From NCBI RefSeq assembly GCF_009914755.1, contig NC_060944.1: a DNA stretch of 64,000 nucleotides; one strand, given 5' to 3'. This DNA comes from the human T2T-CHM13v2.0 reference genome, Homo sapiens. The notes beneath the pieces are model-generated. The model was not told where the DNA came from and made no database searches. It saw nothing but the letters and a program-made list of their open reading frames with translations. The translations under genes were made by a program, and so were the position numbers. Numbering within the stretch: position 1 is the stretch's first letter; each line of letters opens with the position of its first letter. Below are positions 1 to 14,612 of the stretch, one piece after another.

Positions 1-287
1 CGGGAGGCTGAGGCAGGAGAATGGCGTGAACCTGGGAGGCGGAGCTTGCAGTGAGCCGAGATTGCACCACTGTACTCCAGCCTGAGACTCCATCTCAAAA
101 AAAAAAAAAAAAAAAATGCAAGGGACTACATGTGTGCACCACCATGCCCAGCTAATTTTTGTATTTTTAGTAGAGACGGTGTTTCACCATGTTGGCCAGG
201 CTGTCTTGAACTCCTGACCTCAGGTGATCTGCCTGCCTTGGCCTCCCAAAGTGCTGGGATTACAGGCGTCAGCCACTGTGCCTGGCC
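1..287. mobile_element. Alu right arm (+, 1-115) abutting an Alu fragment (-, 121-287)
   Basis: Alu consensus motifs and poly(A). Confidence 0.9.
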
Positions 288-289
288 CT

Positions 290-530
290 GGTTGTTTAAA
301 AAGAACCTGGCACTTCTCCCTCTCACACTTGCTCTCCATCTTGCCATGCAACATTCCGGCTCTCCTTTCCCTCTACCATGTCTAAAAGCTTCCTAAGGCC
401 TCACCAGAAGCAGATGCTAGTGCCATGCTTCTTATACAGTCTGCAGAACTGTGAGCCAAATAAACCTCTTTTCATCATAAATTATTCAGCCTCAGGTATT
501 CCTTTATAGCAGTGCAAACGGACTAACACT
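290..530 (+). mobile_element. MaLR LTR fragment (MST-like)
   Basis: Typical 3' end: gaactgtgagccaaataaacctctttt...cagcctcaggtattcctttatagca...ggactaa. Confidence 0.75.
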
Positions 531-2051
531 GCGTAACAAATTAATCAATCTGTGCCTGTGATTTTCTCATGTGTCAAGCAGGGATAATAATTATACCTAC
601 CTCATAGAGATCCTTATGGGGTTAAATGAGGTAATTTATATAAAGCAGTTAGAATACAACCAGGCACGGTGGCTCACACCTGTAATCCCAACACTTTGGG
701 AGGCCAAGGCAGGCAGATCACTTGAGCTCAGGAGTTCAAAACCAGCCTGGGCGTATGGTGAGACCCCCGTCTCTACAACATAAATAAATAAAATAAACAG
801 AATATTACCTGGCATATGGTAAATATACAATAATAGTTTTGGGGTTTGTTTATGGATTTCCTTATTTTAATAAGTATCTCATAATATGTACAAAATGCTG
901 CTATATTAGACACAGATCTTTTCCTTAAAAAGTTAGGATTCTGGCAGAGAAAAAAGACCTGCCCCCAACTAAATATGTGTCATCAGAGAAAAGGGTATGT
1001 TTCTTAAGAGAGAAACAGAGCATACTAAGGAAATTCAGAGGAAGGAGAGACCCCTTCTAAACTGGGGGTAAAAGGTGGAATTAAACAGCCAAAGTTTCCT
1101 TCATCCTCAAATGGAGCTGATGCTGCTGTCTGTGAAAAACAGCCAAGTTTCCTGAAGGGAAGCCCTTTAAGAGGTGGTAGTGCAAGGGGGTTGTGGATTC
1201 AGGACTGGCACCACATGGTCCCTAGTTAGAGTGCAGGCTCTGCCCCTTGCTCCCGTGAGCCTTTGAGCAGGTTGGTCGGCTCACCATGCATCTGTTGCTA
1301 CAGCTGTAAGATGTGAATATTAATAATGTCTCCTGCACCCGATTATTGTGAGGATGACATGAAGTGGTGTTCATAGAGTGCTCAGTGCACAGCTTGGCCC
1401 CAGCCCACATAAGTGTGTCCAGTATTGTCAGTTATAAGAAGAAATGAATGTGCCAGTGTTGCTATGGTTCTGTCTTCCGGGATTCTGTCACAGACGTAGA
1501 ATTATTCCGTTCACAAGGGAAGTGATACAGAGTACATGTTGTTGAAGAAAATGATGTTGTTTTTATGAATGGGCTCCTTACTATTATTTTTGTTCAAGTA
1601 ACAAAACATGATTCAAAGCACCCATCTTCAAGAGCCCAGCCTCATTTCCTGACACCTACTCAGTCTTCTGGAATAAAGGCTCAGCCAAACAATAGCCCTG
1701 ACCTCCAGTCCCTCCAAACTGAGTGTTGCTGCTGAGAACAGGCCTTACAGCTCTGGGTGGGCTTTTGTTCATTACTCATCGTGACATTCTGGAGAAATAC
1801 AGGACCCTTTTGACTTCCCGACCAATCTCTGACTTTCTTTCATTGTCACATCACCATTAGGGCAAAGGATGATGAAATGGTCAGAATTAGACAAGAAGTA
1901 TTCAAATATTTTTCAATGTATAGTATGTGCCAGGCACATAACCCACACAAGAACCTTGGAGAGTAAGGCTGTTATTCTTCTCATTTTACACTGGGAAACC
2001 AAAGCACAGCAAGAAGGTCTAGGGACCAGAAGGAAGCCCACATCTCTCTGA

Positions 2052-2548
<497 letters not shown>

Positions 2549-4352
2549 TGAGAACTAATAAAAATTCTTGTTAAACCACAAATTACCACAGCCTCTTCCT
2601 TACCTATAGAGAGCCGCTTTCCCAGTAAAGCTCCGGTCCTACCTTCCCATCACCATCAAAGTGGCATTGAAACAGATCAGATCTGCTCCTTTTGAGGGAG
2701 TTAGTTGAAGCCCAGTCTTGCTTCAGGCCACACAGGATTTGGGTAGCAAAGCAAGGAAAGCAGCCTCTCTGACCTAGTGGCCTGAGTGTTTCCTTTCCCA
2801 GGCTGGCTGCGGCAACCACTTTGAGAAATGGCATTGGCATTGGCATGTGTGTGGCATGTGTGCTGACCTAGTTAGGAGTTGAGGCTTCATTTCTAATTCT
2901 GTCCCTTTCGTTTTGAGCTGTGTGACCTTGGGCATGTCACCTAACTTCTCTGTATATGTCTTCTTATCCAGGAAGGAGAGATTAATAATGTAGCCTCATA
3001 GCACTTATCTGATTCTCCTAAGGATGTTATGAGAATCAAATGAGATTATGTACAACGAGAGCAAACATTTATTCAATACTTAGTATGTACCAAATACTTT
3101 CAGTTTCCTTACATGTGTTTTTTAATTCTCACAATCCTAAAACAGAGGCACTAGTATCCCACTTGACAGTTAAAAAAACTGAAGTTCAGAGAAATTAAGT
3201 CAGACAGGACTCAGATCCACATCTGTGGCTCCCAAATGATGTTCCTAACCACTATGCATGTCACTCGCTCCCCATTGTACACGAAAGTAGAGAGATGTTC
3301 TTTGTCTTTACCATCAAGCACTCTCCAAATGCAAGAAATGATCTCTCGTAACCACTGCTGTTCCATGTTGGTCCCTAAGGACACTTATAGCCTGTTACTT
3401 GTTTGTCTTATCTTGTAGTTTATGCTGCTGCTTTTCATGTCCCTAAGGACTTGTTCAGTGAATTCTTTTGGTTTTACTCCCAGAGAATCTGTTCATCTCC
3501 TTCATAAAGGGGGTTAAAGGTGCCCAGCTGAGCCTGGCATCTTGGGCAGTGGCCTCTGACTTCTCCAGGGTTCTTCCTTCCCTCAAGCATGTAGTTGGGT
3601 AGCTTGTAGTAAAATGCTCTATAATGCATTTGTTTATAAGTTCCCCAGTCACTGATTTTTACTCATTGAATCTCAGAAGTGGAAAGCACCAAAGCCAGCA
3701 TTTTGTTGATAGGGAAACTGAGGTCCAGAGAGGGATGTGACTTGCTTGAGGTCATTCATTCAGTTGAAGGCCTGACCAAGACTGGAACCCAGTTTCCCAG
3801 GGGACACACCAGTGCTGTTTCCAAGCCTTCCCCGGGGGCACACATCACCTCCCCTACATGAAGGACAAACTCATGTACTGTGCCCAGCATGTACCTAGGA
3901 GACCTGGGAGAAATGAAACAACTTGGAAAATTGGGCAGGAAGAAAGAGATGGGTGTGGGGTGGGGTGAAGATCTCCACCCTAACTAGTATATTATATACC
4001 AAAGAAAGGAATTAAACACACAGGAAAGCAGACAACCCACTAAGAAGCAAAGGAATTTACCCAGGAACCCTGGCTCAGTGAGTGGATAGGAAGCCTTTTG
4101 TCACTAAAGCTGCAGGGTTGAAAATTGAAGGAAGGATATTAGGCAAGCGTGGTGGCCTGGGATGCAGTTACAGCCCCCTGGCTCATTGTCCAAAGGAAAT
4201 GGATCTCTCCTGTGGACAGAGAGGTGGAAACTGAGTGAGTGAGTTGTGTGGTTGACATCATCAGGCTGAGCATTGGATTACAACAAATGGGGACTTACTT
4301 GGCCCGAGACATGGGAAACACCCACTAAAACCTCAAAGTGCTTTTCATTTAG

Positions 4353-4499
4353 GAGACACGGGGAAGAGACAGAGAGGAGGGTAAAGTGAGAATCCTGCCC
4401 GCACCACAGGTCTGGACTGCTAACCTTGAATCCTGGTTTCTTAAATTCTGCCTCCGCTTCTGACTGAGGACCACTGGATTTTGAGGAAACTTTGGTCTT
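4353..4499 (+). other. PKIG: PKIG 5' non-coding exon (147 nt; may also act as an alternative first exon)
   Basis: cttttcatttAG acceptor ends at 4352 and a strong GTAAGT donor starts at 4500. Size fits my recollection of the PKIG 5'UTR layout, which I did not verify. Confidence 0.7.
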
Positions 4500-6492
4500 G
4501 TAAGTAGAACTTTACTCTCCTCCCCTGCCCAACACCCCCAGGGAGAAGCAGAGCTTGGAGGCAGAGCTCTCTGGAGAGCTTGCTTTCCAGCCTGTTGGCC
4601 ACAAAATGTCTATTTTTATATAATGATATATGTGAGCTTGCTCTGAAAATTATGGCCTTGTCTGAAACTGCCTAAGGCTAGTCGGAGCCTCCAGTCTCAC
4701 AAATGGGCTCCATTCAGATGCTGTTTCATTTTTACTCAAAGAACTTTGACAGAGTATTCAGAGCTTTAAAAGCAGCTCCTTGCTCCAAATATAGGTGAAG
4801 AAATAAATCTTCCCTAAGAAATTCGTGTTTGTAAAACCCTTTCTTTTTTTCTGATTACAAAGGTGGTATAATAATTTTTAAACATTCTAGAAAGAAAAGT
4901 CTCCGAAAGTAGTGAAAATTCCCTATTATCTTCCCCCTCAGGAACATGGTTGTTGTGTTAAATTTCAGTTACAGATATGGTCAGACTCCATGAATTTACC
5001 ACATATAAACCCAGTGCTGCAGCAGCTGTGTGGAAAACTCCAAGATGGAAAGGGGTTGGAAATCTTTAACCTTGGGTTTGCGATCTTTTTATTGCTTCCT
5101 TTTAAAAATTTGCTGTTTATGCCTGGAATATAAACAGGACATGTAAGCCTTTAGGCATTTTATTTGTTGGTATCTGTTTTCAGGGTTTGAAACTAAGCAA
5201 GCTACTCTGTAGAGAGGGAAAGAGGGGGCCCTTGCTGTACCCAGGTCCCTTACTTGGTGGGTCCCTGAACTGAGGAGGATTCCTAGGTGGCTTGAGATGG
5301 CTTGCAGTGTGCTAACAGGGGAGGTGTCCCCTCTTAGCAGGTTAAGTATATTTGAAAAGTTACAGCTAACGGGAAGATTTCAGCTTCAACAAAAAGCTAC
5401 CATATATTAGAAGGGTCACCCAAGGAAACTGTCACCTTGGGCAAGTGTTTCACACTCTCTGGGTCTTGTTTCTTTATTTGTACCTAATGAGGGGACAAAA
5501 CTAGATGATCTCTGTATTTCCAAATTCAGTATGAAATGAACTGTCCATATTTCTTTTCCCTTTGTATTGGGCCCTTATGGCTTTAGGAGCAAAGGACCCT
5601 AGGTTTTCAGTTTCCCAGAGTAGCTAAAAACGGGTGCCTGTAGGACAGTTAAAAGAAGACATAAAACAGGCAACATTAAGTTACTTCTGAGTTTTTATGG
5701 GTCTTTTTCAGATTAGGTGTTCTTGAAGAAAGAGAAAGAAAAAGTCTCAGTGGTAACTGTATGTGCACACGCATACACTAGCACATACACTTGGGGAGAG
5801 AGGAAAGAAGGAATTGGCATTATTGAGTATCTCTTAAGCACTAGGCCCTATGTTATGCTCAACCCTTTACAGAGCACTAGATGGTCAGTATTATTCCCTA
5901 ACCCCATTGACTGAGGACAACCATCTACTTATATGTTTTCATATTATCCTGAACTAAACTGTATTTACATAATTACTGGCATAACTTCAATTCCCCATGT
6001 CTCCACTAGACCATCTGCACCTTCTCTGCGTGTCTGTCTAGCCCATCACTATGCCCCACTGCCTAGTAGAAAGCCTGGCACATAGGTACAAAGGAGACAC
6101 AACTTAATTTAAACTTAAAGCCCGCCATCCTAGTTCCTCATTTGGCAAGAAAGAGGGAGAAGAAGGGGGAAAATCCCTCTATTTGCCCCTCTTTCATCAT
6201 TTAACATAGAGCCACCCTCTCCTGCCACAAGGGAAGGATAGCCACAGCCAGAGTGCAAAAAAAAAAAAAAAAAAAGCAAAAGACGTCAGATCTTGAATTT
6301 TGAGTTTCCAAGGTGCCGGGTCTTGACAAATTAAGGTTTTTGCTTTGTTTTGTTTTGTTTTTGTTTGTTTGTTTTGTTTTCTTTAAGGGCATCAGAGACC
6401 CTAATCCTCAGGAAGTTGTGGTATTTAGAAACTATTTGTTTGAATTAAGGTCCTAGTTAATAAGAGGGTTCTCAAAGGCCCTTGGCACTTCT

Positions 6493-6688
6493 TTTTTTTT
6501 TTTTTTGAGACGGAGTCTCACTCTGTCTCCCAGGCTGGAGTGCAATGGTGCAGTCTTGGCTCACTGCAGCTTCCACCTCCCGTTTTTGTTCAAGGGATTC
6601 TCCTGCCTCAGCCCCTCGAATAGCTGGGATTACAGGCGCCTGCCACCACGCCCAGCTAATTTTTGTATTTTTAGTAGAGATGGGGTCT
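6493..6688 (-). mobile_element. 5'-truncated Alu with TSD
   Basis: cttggcacttct at 6481-6492 and 6689-6700. Confidence 0.88.
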
Positions 6689-7641
6689 CTTGGCACTTCT
6701 AAAGCTGCAGTCTTCCCCAGCATTTCATCCCATGAAGGTGGACTGTTGCTGCCATGGACCCACCCATGGGCATGGGCAGTGGGAAGGCCAGGGCATCCTC
6801 TGCTTCATCCCAGCCCCGCTGGGATCTTGAGATTTGGGGTAATCAAAAAAGGCATCCTTTTTCCTAAGGTGGTGGTGAGGAGGTGATGTTCTGGAAGGAA
6901 GGTACCTAGACTTTGTGGTCCCTGCCAGGAAGTGGAGAGTGGAAATGTGGAATGCCTCACACTCCTCAACTAGGTAGGCCTTCATGTACCAGATGAGGGT
7001 GGCTTTCAGTTCTTGTTTTGTGTGTCAAAGTTGCTCCTGTTATCAGTGTGTGTTTGCTGATCTCTCCCACCTCAGTCACTCCCGGCAGTGAGTTTAGGGC
7101 ATCTTGGGAGTGGAGGTAGGTTGTGGAAAAGATGTGTCCAGAGATCTCATTTGGCTTTGGTATCTTCCTGAAATAAATGTCACACACAGGGCTGGGCATC
7201 TTGCATATGCTGACTTCTCTTAATCTTCACAGCAATGATGTGAGGCAGAGATCATCTCCATTTTACACCTAAGAAAGGCACAGAGAGGTGCAGTGGATTG
7301 CCCAGAGTCTCACAGCTGGCAGGGGCTAGAGCTTGAGTTCCCAATGAGAACTGGTTGTCCCCGAAGCCCTTGAATATTTCACCATACTGCAGTGCCTTTT
7401 TCATATCACCTCCCTGGATCTCAGTTGCTCCATCTGTTAAATGATGACAAGTGAACTCTAGTCAGAAGTCAGAGTGGTGTTTTGTTTTTAATTTGAATGC
7501 CTTTAGGCAGGTGTGTTCTCCAGTTCATTACCATTTGCGCATTCCCCTGTGCCCTCTAGTCTCCTGCCTGGCCCCTGGCCCCTGTGGGAATTTGCAGCCC
7601 TGCATCTGGTTGGTGTCTACCGTTTCTTTCGATTTAGACAA

Positions 7642-7864
7642 TCTAGAGGGCAGTGAGAAATTGGAAAGGGGTAGCAGGTAAGAGCTCTCGAGTTCAGTGA
7701 GAAATTGGAAAGGAATAGCAGGTAAGAGCTCTAGAGTTCAGTGACAAATTGGAAAGAGATAGCAGGTGAGAGCTCTTGAGTTCAGTGAGAAATTGGAAAG
7801 GGACAGCAGGTGAGAGCTCTCGAGTTCAGTGAGAAATTGGAAGGGGATAGCAGGTAAGAGCTCT
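7642..7864 (+). repeat. 44-bp minisatellite, ~5 copies
   Basis: CAGTGA(G/C)AAATTGGAA recurs at 7651, 7695, 7739, 7783 and 7827. Confidence 0.95.
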
Positions 7865-10046
7865 GCTTTCACCGCCTCCTAGCTGGGAGATCCTGGACTG
7901 ATCACCTCACTTTATAGAACCTACTTCTCTTTCTGTCAAGTGGGGGGTCACAGTCATACTGACCTCAAAGGGGTGCCATGCGGATGAAATGAGATAGGGC
8001 TCATAAAGCACTTAGTTAGTACAAAAATACATGCTTAGGATTAGCTGCTCTCAATTTCCAGAAAGAGAATGTCAGCCAATGTACACAGGCATCTGCCCCC
8101 TCAGACATAGGATGGCATTTGCATGAGGAACCAGAAGTTATCTTTGAACTCATCATTTTGAAACCCCTGTGATGAACCCTGGAGCTGCCATGTTGGCTCT
8201 TCAAACCAAGCCTCAGCATTATTTCCTGTCACCCAGTCAAGTGATGCTGAACCTCAAATCAGCCAGCCAGTGCTGAGGCCAAAAGCAGAAGTGGGTGCTA
8301 TTCTCTTGGGACCAGAGGACCCTAGCCCAGCCACTTAAGGAAGAAGCTGGTAACAGGTGCTGGCTGTGACAGACAAGAAGCTGAACTGGCCCAATTAACT
8401 CTGCCAAATGCTTTCACGAGGGGCCAGAAGCAATTCCTAAGTGGAGACTGAGGTGGAAAATCTAAAGTTCTGGGAAACAGGTTATTAATCATGACCCTAG
8501 GCTGAGCTCACTACCTCCTGGAAATCCTTCAGAAATGTCTTAGGAAAACTTGGAGTACTGCTCCTTCAAAGAGTGGTTTCTTTGGAAGTTGCCGTGGGCT
8601 CCTATGCTGACTGATTATGAATTGCAGATTAGAACACATAATGTATCCGCTCTTACTGGAGGAAGCTGCATTTCCAAAAAGAAGTCTCTTTAATGTTTCA
8701 AGAAATTACAGGCTTTAGCTTGACTCTTCAGAACTGAATAATGGCCCTTCATGGCACCGAAGAAAGTATTTGGTGTATTCTTACTATGTCCCAGGAACCT
8801 AGGTCAGTTACTGTTTTAGTACTTTATCAGTGTAGTCTTTAACATTCCATAAATGTACATTGAGGACCTGTTAGTACTAAGCACTGGACTAGAGGACCAG
8901 GGTAAAGACACTGCCTCTGGTCTTGTGGAATTCTCTGTGCAACAAGGGAAGATAGACAGAGGAGTGAATAATTTTAATGGCACGTGAAAAGTACTGCAAA
9001 AGAAATATGCACAAGTGCTACAAAACACCAGACACTGGATCAGCATATTGTGGAGGTCCTGATCTTGCGCTGGGTTGATTCCTTCTGCTCTCTCCCTACA
9101 ATTCCTGGCTCTGGGAGCTTTGCCAGCATTTGCATTAGGGAGCAACTGAGAGCTGCCCCTGCTGAAGCACTCATTTCTGGCACCTTCCTATCCCCCGTGG
9201 CTTCAGAGGGGTGGAAAGAACACTTCCTTACAAAATGTATGGGCCCCACCTGAGAGGGCCCTGAATCTGAAGTCCAAAGTTGTAGTAAGGAAACAGAGGG
9301 ACGGGTGACTTTTGTAGTCTAAAATCACCACTGATTTTCCGTTGGTTTGTTTTTATAACATTTATTGTGGATTTTTTTTTTCTGATTGCAAAATTAGAAT
9401 ATGTTCAAGGGAAGAAAAGCTAGATAGTACAGAAAAACACACTTAAAATAAATCATCACTCAGTGATTTCACTTCTCTGTTTTTGAATAAGGGCCTGTCT
9501 CCCAATCCCCCCACCCACATACCGCTGTATTTCAAGTTTAGCTCTAATTTTAATTTCTCCCTGGGCAAAGTCTCATGTTTGTTTGCATATCTCAAAGGTG
9601 CTTGTGTTGTGGGCTCCAATCACTACTATCTGCAATTGGTTAGAGCCTGCGGCCATCATTTATACTTTCCTGGACGTGTGTGTAGATTCATCTACTGCTA
9701 AGAACCCTTTATGTGTTAGGCATTATGCAAGGTGCGGTGGGGAATGTCGAGGTAAATAAGACTTTGAGGTTGCTCATGGCCGGATAGGAAAAAAAGACTC
9801 AGATAACATGAACACATTGTGAAAATGTGCCCCAAGATGGGGACAGAGTCCTGTAGAAAGCCTAAGAGATTGGAGGAGCAGTAGCATTTGAGCTGAGCCT
9901 TCAATAAATTTTTCATGTATTTAGCCAATATTTGTTGAGAACCTAATATCCGCCAGGCACTGGGCAAGGTGATAGGTGGATGATGTTAAATATAACAGGC
10001 ATGGCCTTTACCTGCATGAAGTTTACAAGCACAAATGGTGGCGTTA

Positions 10047-10522
<476 letters not shown>

Positions 10523-11565
10523 TTATTTTCTGTATTCAGTTTCCTTTCTATTGGAGAATATTCTTGGGGTCTGTGAATGGTAAACTTGCCCAGTCTTTGT
10601 TTGAAAATATCTTTTGCCCTCACACTTGATATGTTAGCTAGATATAGAATTTTTTGCATAGCATGTGTAATGAATGTGAAAGTTATACATGCCTCTTTAA
10701 AAGTTTTCAATCAAAACAGAAATAGATAATGTACAAAGTGAAAGTCTTTCATTTCTTTTCTCACAATTTCTCAAAAGAGAATAATTTTTTTCAAAAGAGA
10801 GAAGTTTCCCAGGGGGAACCATTGGTTACAGTTTGCCCTTTTCTATATATACTGAAAATTGTTTAAAGTGTAAAGTATGTATACTTTTTAAAAATGTGCA
10901 CGTACACAAATGCTGTACTTTTTTTTTTTCTAAACATAAATAATCATGTTCACATTTGAGCAGGACACAGTAGTTCACACCTGTAATCTCAACTAGTCAG
11001 GTGGCTGAGAGTGGATGATTGCTTGAGGCCAGGAGTTTGAGGCTACATTGAGCTATGATTGCACCAGTACACTCCAGCCTGGGGACAGAGTGAGACCTGG
11101 TCTCTTAAAATTAAAAAGAAAATGTAAAGTTCTTTTTTTAATTAAAAAATGATAATATATGCAATTTTACAATATGCTTTTTAACAATCAAGCATGTACT
11201 TTTTTCCACATCAGTACAATGAAATCTCCTTCATTCTTTGAAGTTGCTGTATAGTTTCTCATGATATTGATACACCATAATTTAACTATTTTTCTATTAA
11301 TAGACATTTAAGTTGTTTTCGCCCCTTGGTTTTGCTACTATACAGTATTTCACTGAGTATCTTTTTACTTAGGTAAATATATCTGTAGTATAAATTCCTG
11401 GACATTTCAGGAATGTGACGTGTCTAGGAATTTGACCCCAAAGGATATGTATGCACATTTAACAAGTTAATAGATATTGTCAACTTGTCTTCCCAAAAGA
11501 TTGTTTCAATTTATAATCCCAGAGTATGTCTGGCTCTAATTTTTGTTTTTCTTCTGGTTCCTTAG

Positions 11566-11635
11566 AATTCCCGTACTGATTAGTCAACAGTGGAAAATCT
11601 GAAGAGATGCAAGCAGGAAAAAGAAATTAAACCAG
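11566..11635 (+). other. PKIG: PKIG 5' non-coding exon (70 nt)
   Basis: ctaat branch-like site, long pyrimidine tract and ttAG ending at 11565; donor CAG|GTAGGT at 11635/11636. Confidence 0.8.
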
Positions 11636-14612
11636 GTAGGTAGTGGCACTGTTCATACTCTACTGCCAGAGCAGCACACGTTTTTGCCTGAATATCTTTA
11701 TTTCTGGTTGAAGGAAGAAAATACGTAAGTTCCAAACTAAATTAGTGGGAGATTTTGACCTTATGAAGAAAAGGCAGGATGGCTCTTTTCAGAAGTTATA
11801 TACATAACAGCATGCTACAATTTCACAGTCAAGATTCTGTTTTCAGGCGTTTTTTTTTTAATAGCATCAGAAAGAAAATTTACCTTTGGTGGCTTAAGAG
11901 GGGATGGGTTTCCCGGCCATGTACTTAAGCTTAAGCAGGTGGAATCATACACAGGAGTTATTAGCAACATTGGGCCTGGTGCCAGCTTTCCTCTCCACCA
12001 AGTGTTTGCTGTAAAGCTGTTTTCACAAAGACCAGGGCACATTATGGGAATTTTCATTTTAATGCTGTAATAGAGGAGCAAAAGCCAGCAAAACCCAACC
12101 CAAAGAAATGGGTTCGGCCCAGTAGTCTGGTGAGAAGGGATGAAGATGCAGTCCCTCCAGCTGAGAACAAATTGCCATTCAAAGAGCACAAGTGGCCCAC
12201 CTGGCAGTATGGCCACCTTGGGTCCAGTGTCCATAGTTTATGATATCTAAATGTTTCTGGCATAAGTTAATAATTTTAAACTCAGGGTAACATAATAATC
12301 GACTTTTTACCTAAAGCAGCAGTATTTATCAACAAATCTGGTGAATTTCTTTGAATTGTCAAGTTGGAAGTACTGGGTCCACAGAGATCTTTTCACCCAC
12401 CAGGCATCCATCAGCATCCATGGATGTGGTTGTTAAGGTATCAGAATTGAAGGCTATTCTAGATTGGCCTACACCCACCTGGACCTTCTCCATAGCTGGA
12501 ATTTTCACAAAGAGGCTAAAGAGCCTGGGGATGAGCGCATCGCTCTGAAGAGCTTGCCGAATCCACTGTGCATCTGTCCATAAGCTAAGGATGGTGTGAG
12601 GACTGAAAGCTGCATGGGAGAGAGAAGGTCTTGTGATTTTCTCTCTCTTCAGCACTGTAGGGGGCACATTGCAGCTGTGTCTGGTGCAGCTCAGTTTAGA
12701 CTCCTGCCTCAGCCAGGAAAAGTTTTTTTCATTTTTACATTAATTTAGCAGGTATTTATGGAGCATCTTCTATAAATTGGACACCAGATAACAAAGCAAA
12801 AGTGGCACAGTCCTTGCCCTCAGGAAGCTTGTGGGTCTGGCTGACAGTAGACTAGTAGCAGTAGTCTGCGGTAGGTCCAGAGGGCTAGTGGGCAGAGGGT
12901 GCTGCGGCTTGAAAGGTATGCAGGAGATGACTTGGAGAAGAGTGGGCGGGGACAGGCTGGGGGCTTGCGGAGCAGCACAGCGAAGGCCTGGAGGCTTGGG
13001 GGGTGCAGCACTCCATGGAAATTCCATGGGCCAAACACAGTGCAGAGGGGGTTCCCTGGCTGGAGTTGAGTCTGGAGGTGTCCATGAATGAATCTGAACT
13101 TTATCCTGATGGCTCTGAATGGAAAGTCGCTGGAGGGCTTTAAGCAGGGGAGAGTTGTGAGTCAGGCTTAGGAAGGAGACTGTCTAGCTTCAGTTTGGGT
13201 AAGGGACTGAGAGAGTTCTAAGGGACTGAGAGAGTTCCGCACTCTGCCTGGCCCACTCTCATCACCTCTCTTCTTAGCGCCTGTGCTCCTCCTTCCCTTG
13301 GAACTTCAAGAAGGCAAAGGACAGAGCCCGAAGTCTGAGATAAGATAGACTCCTTGGGGAGAAAAGAGGAAGTGGTGCTGGGTGGGTGGGTGGGGGCACC
13401 CAGTGTAAAGCAGAGTGTACAGGTTGCCTTGGACAAGTCACTTCACACCTATGAGCTTCAGCTTCCTTATCTATTAAATGAAGATAATAAGTATTACTCT
13501 TCTTTTCTCTCATCTCATGAGATATCATCATGATATCTTAAAATATCATGGATATTTTACATGCCCAGCTAGGGCTTCCAGAGAAATCTCTCTGTTTCGT
13601 TTGCCATGTAAGGATTTGTTGAAATCCTCAAGCGCACATTAAGTGCATCCTGTCGCTGCAGCTTATCGCCTGGGATGAGAGCAGTGAAGAAGCCCTAGCC
13701 TCAGGATCAGTCTCACAGCTCCCTCTCCCTGCAGCCAAGAAGGACCGGTCTACAGAGGGGAGGGAGCAAACACTGACCGAAGGCCAGGTGTGTGCTTGGC
13801 ACCACCCACAGACAAAAGAGTGCTTGGGCAGAGCTGCTAGAACTATTATTTAAGCCATGTGCCAGATGTGATAAGCACTTACATCCTTCTCAGCCTCATT
13901 TAGTTTGATCTTATGAAGTACATATATATTATCTCCATTTGATAGATGAGGAAACCGAGACTCAAAGAGGTGGAACTGCTTGCTGGTAGTGACACAATTG
14001 GGAAGAAGGAGAAGGGCCGGAGTCTGGAGTTCGTGCTCTCTGACTTCTGTGGGTAGCATCTGCCATTCTGCTGGTGCTCCTTCAGACCTTTCAGACAGTG
14101 CAGAGGACACAGAGGAATCAAGGGACAGCTGTTCTCTTACAAACCTTGAAAATCCTGTACAGAGCCCTCAGATAACCAAAACGTGGTCCAGAACTGAATC
14201 CTGGGGCCAACATGCCCATTTAGCACTTCTCTCAATCAGTCCTTTTCCCCAGGTGCATTAAACAGGGCAGCTGCCTTCCCACCCTATGGGCAAACTGCTT
14301 GGCAGCTAGGAGTGTGCCTGCTCATCTCCCAGGCTGCTTTCCTTTGCACCTCAGCAAGGAGGGCAGGCCGTGCATCCAGGGAAGCACATAGTTACTCCTT
14401 CTGCCAGAAGGCCACCCCCTAATCTGGTTTACCGTGGACACTGAAGTCACTCCCTGTCTCCTGGCCATGAGGAAAACTCCTTTGAGAGGAGCCTCTGAAG
14501 CCAGTGGAGAGAGTAAAAAGTGAGAATCCTGCCTAGTTGAACAGGCAGTTCAGCCTGTTCTGGAAAGAGTTAAGGCTGTGTCCATACCAAGCCATTTAAA
14601 GAATCTGCCCAG

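Noticed and set aside
6281-6288. CRE-like AGACGTCA, suggesting PKA feedback on PKIG
   Set aside because: Imperfect 7/8 match; similar sites occur elsewhere (22618, 42619) at background frequency.
7642-7864. Regular repeats superficially like a CRISPR array
   Set aside because: Eukaryotic context, no unique spacers and no cas genes; it is a minisatellite.
12351-12548. Peptide KAILDWPTP resembles a Gypsy RT-connection motif
   Set aside because: A single short motif with no flanking RT or RNase H similarity visible; a profile search would be needed.
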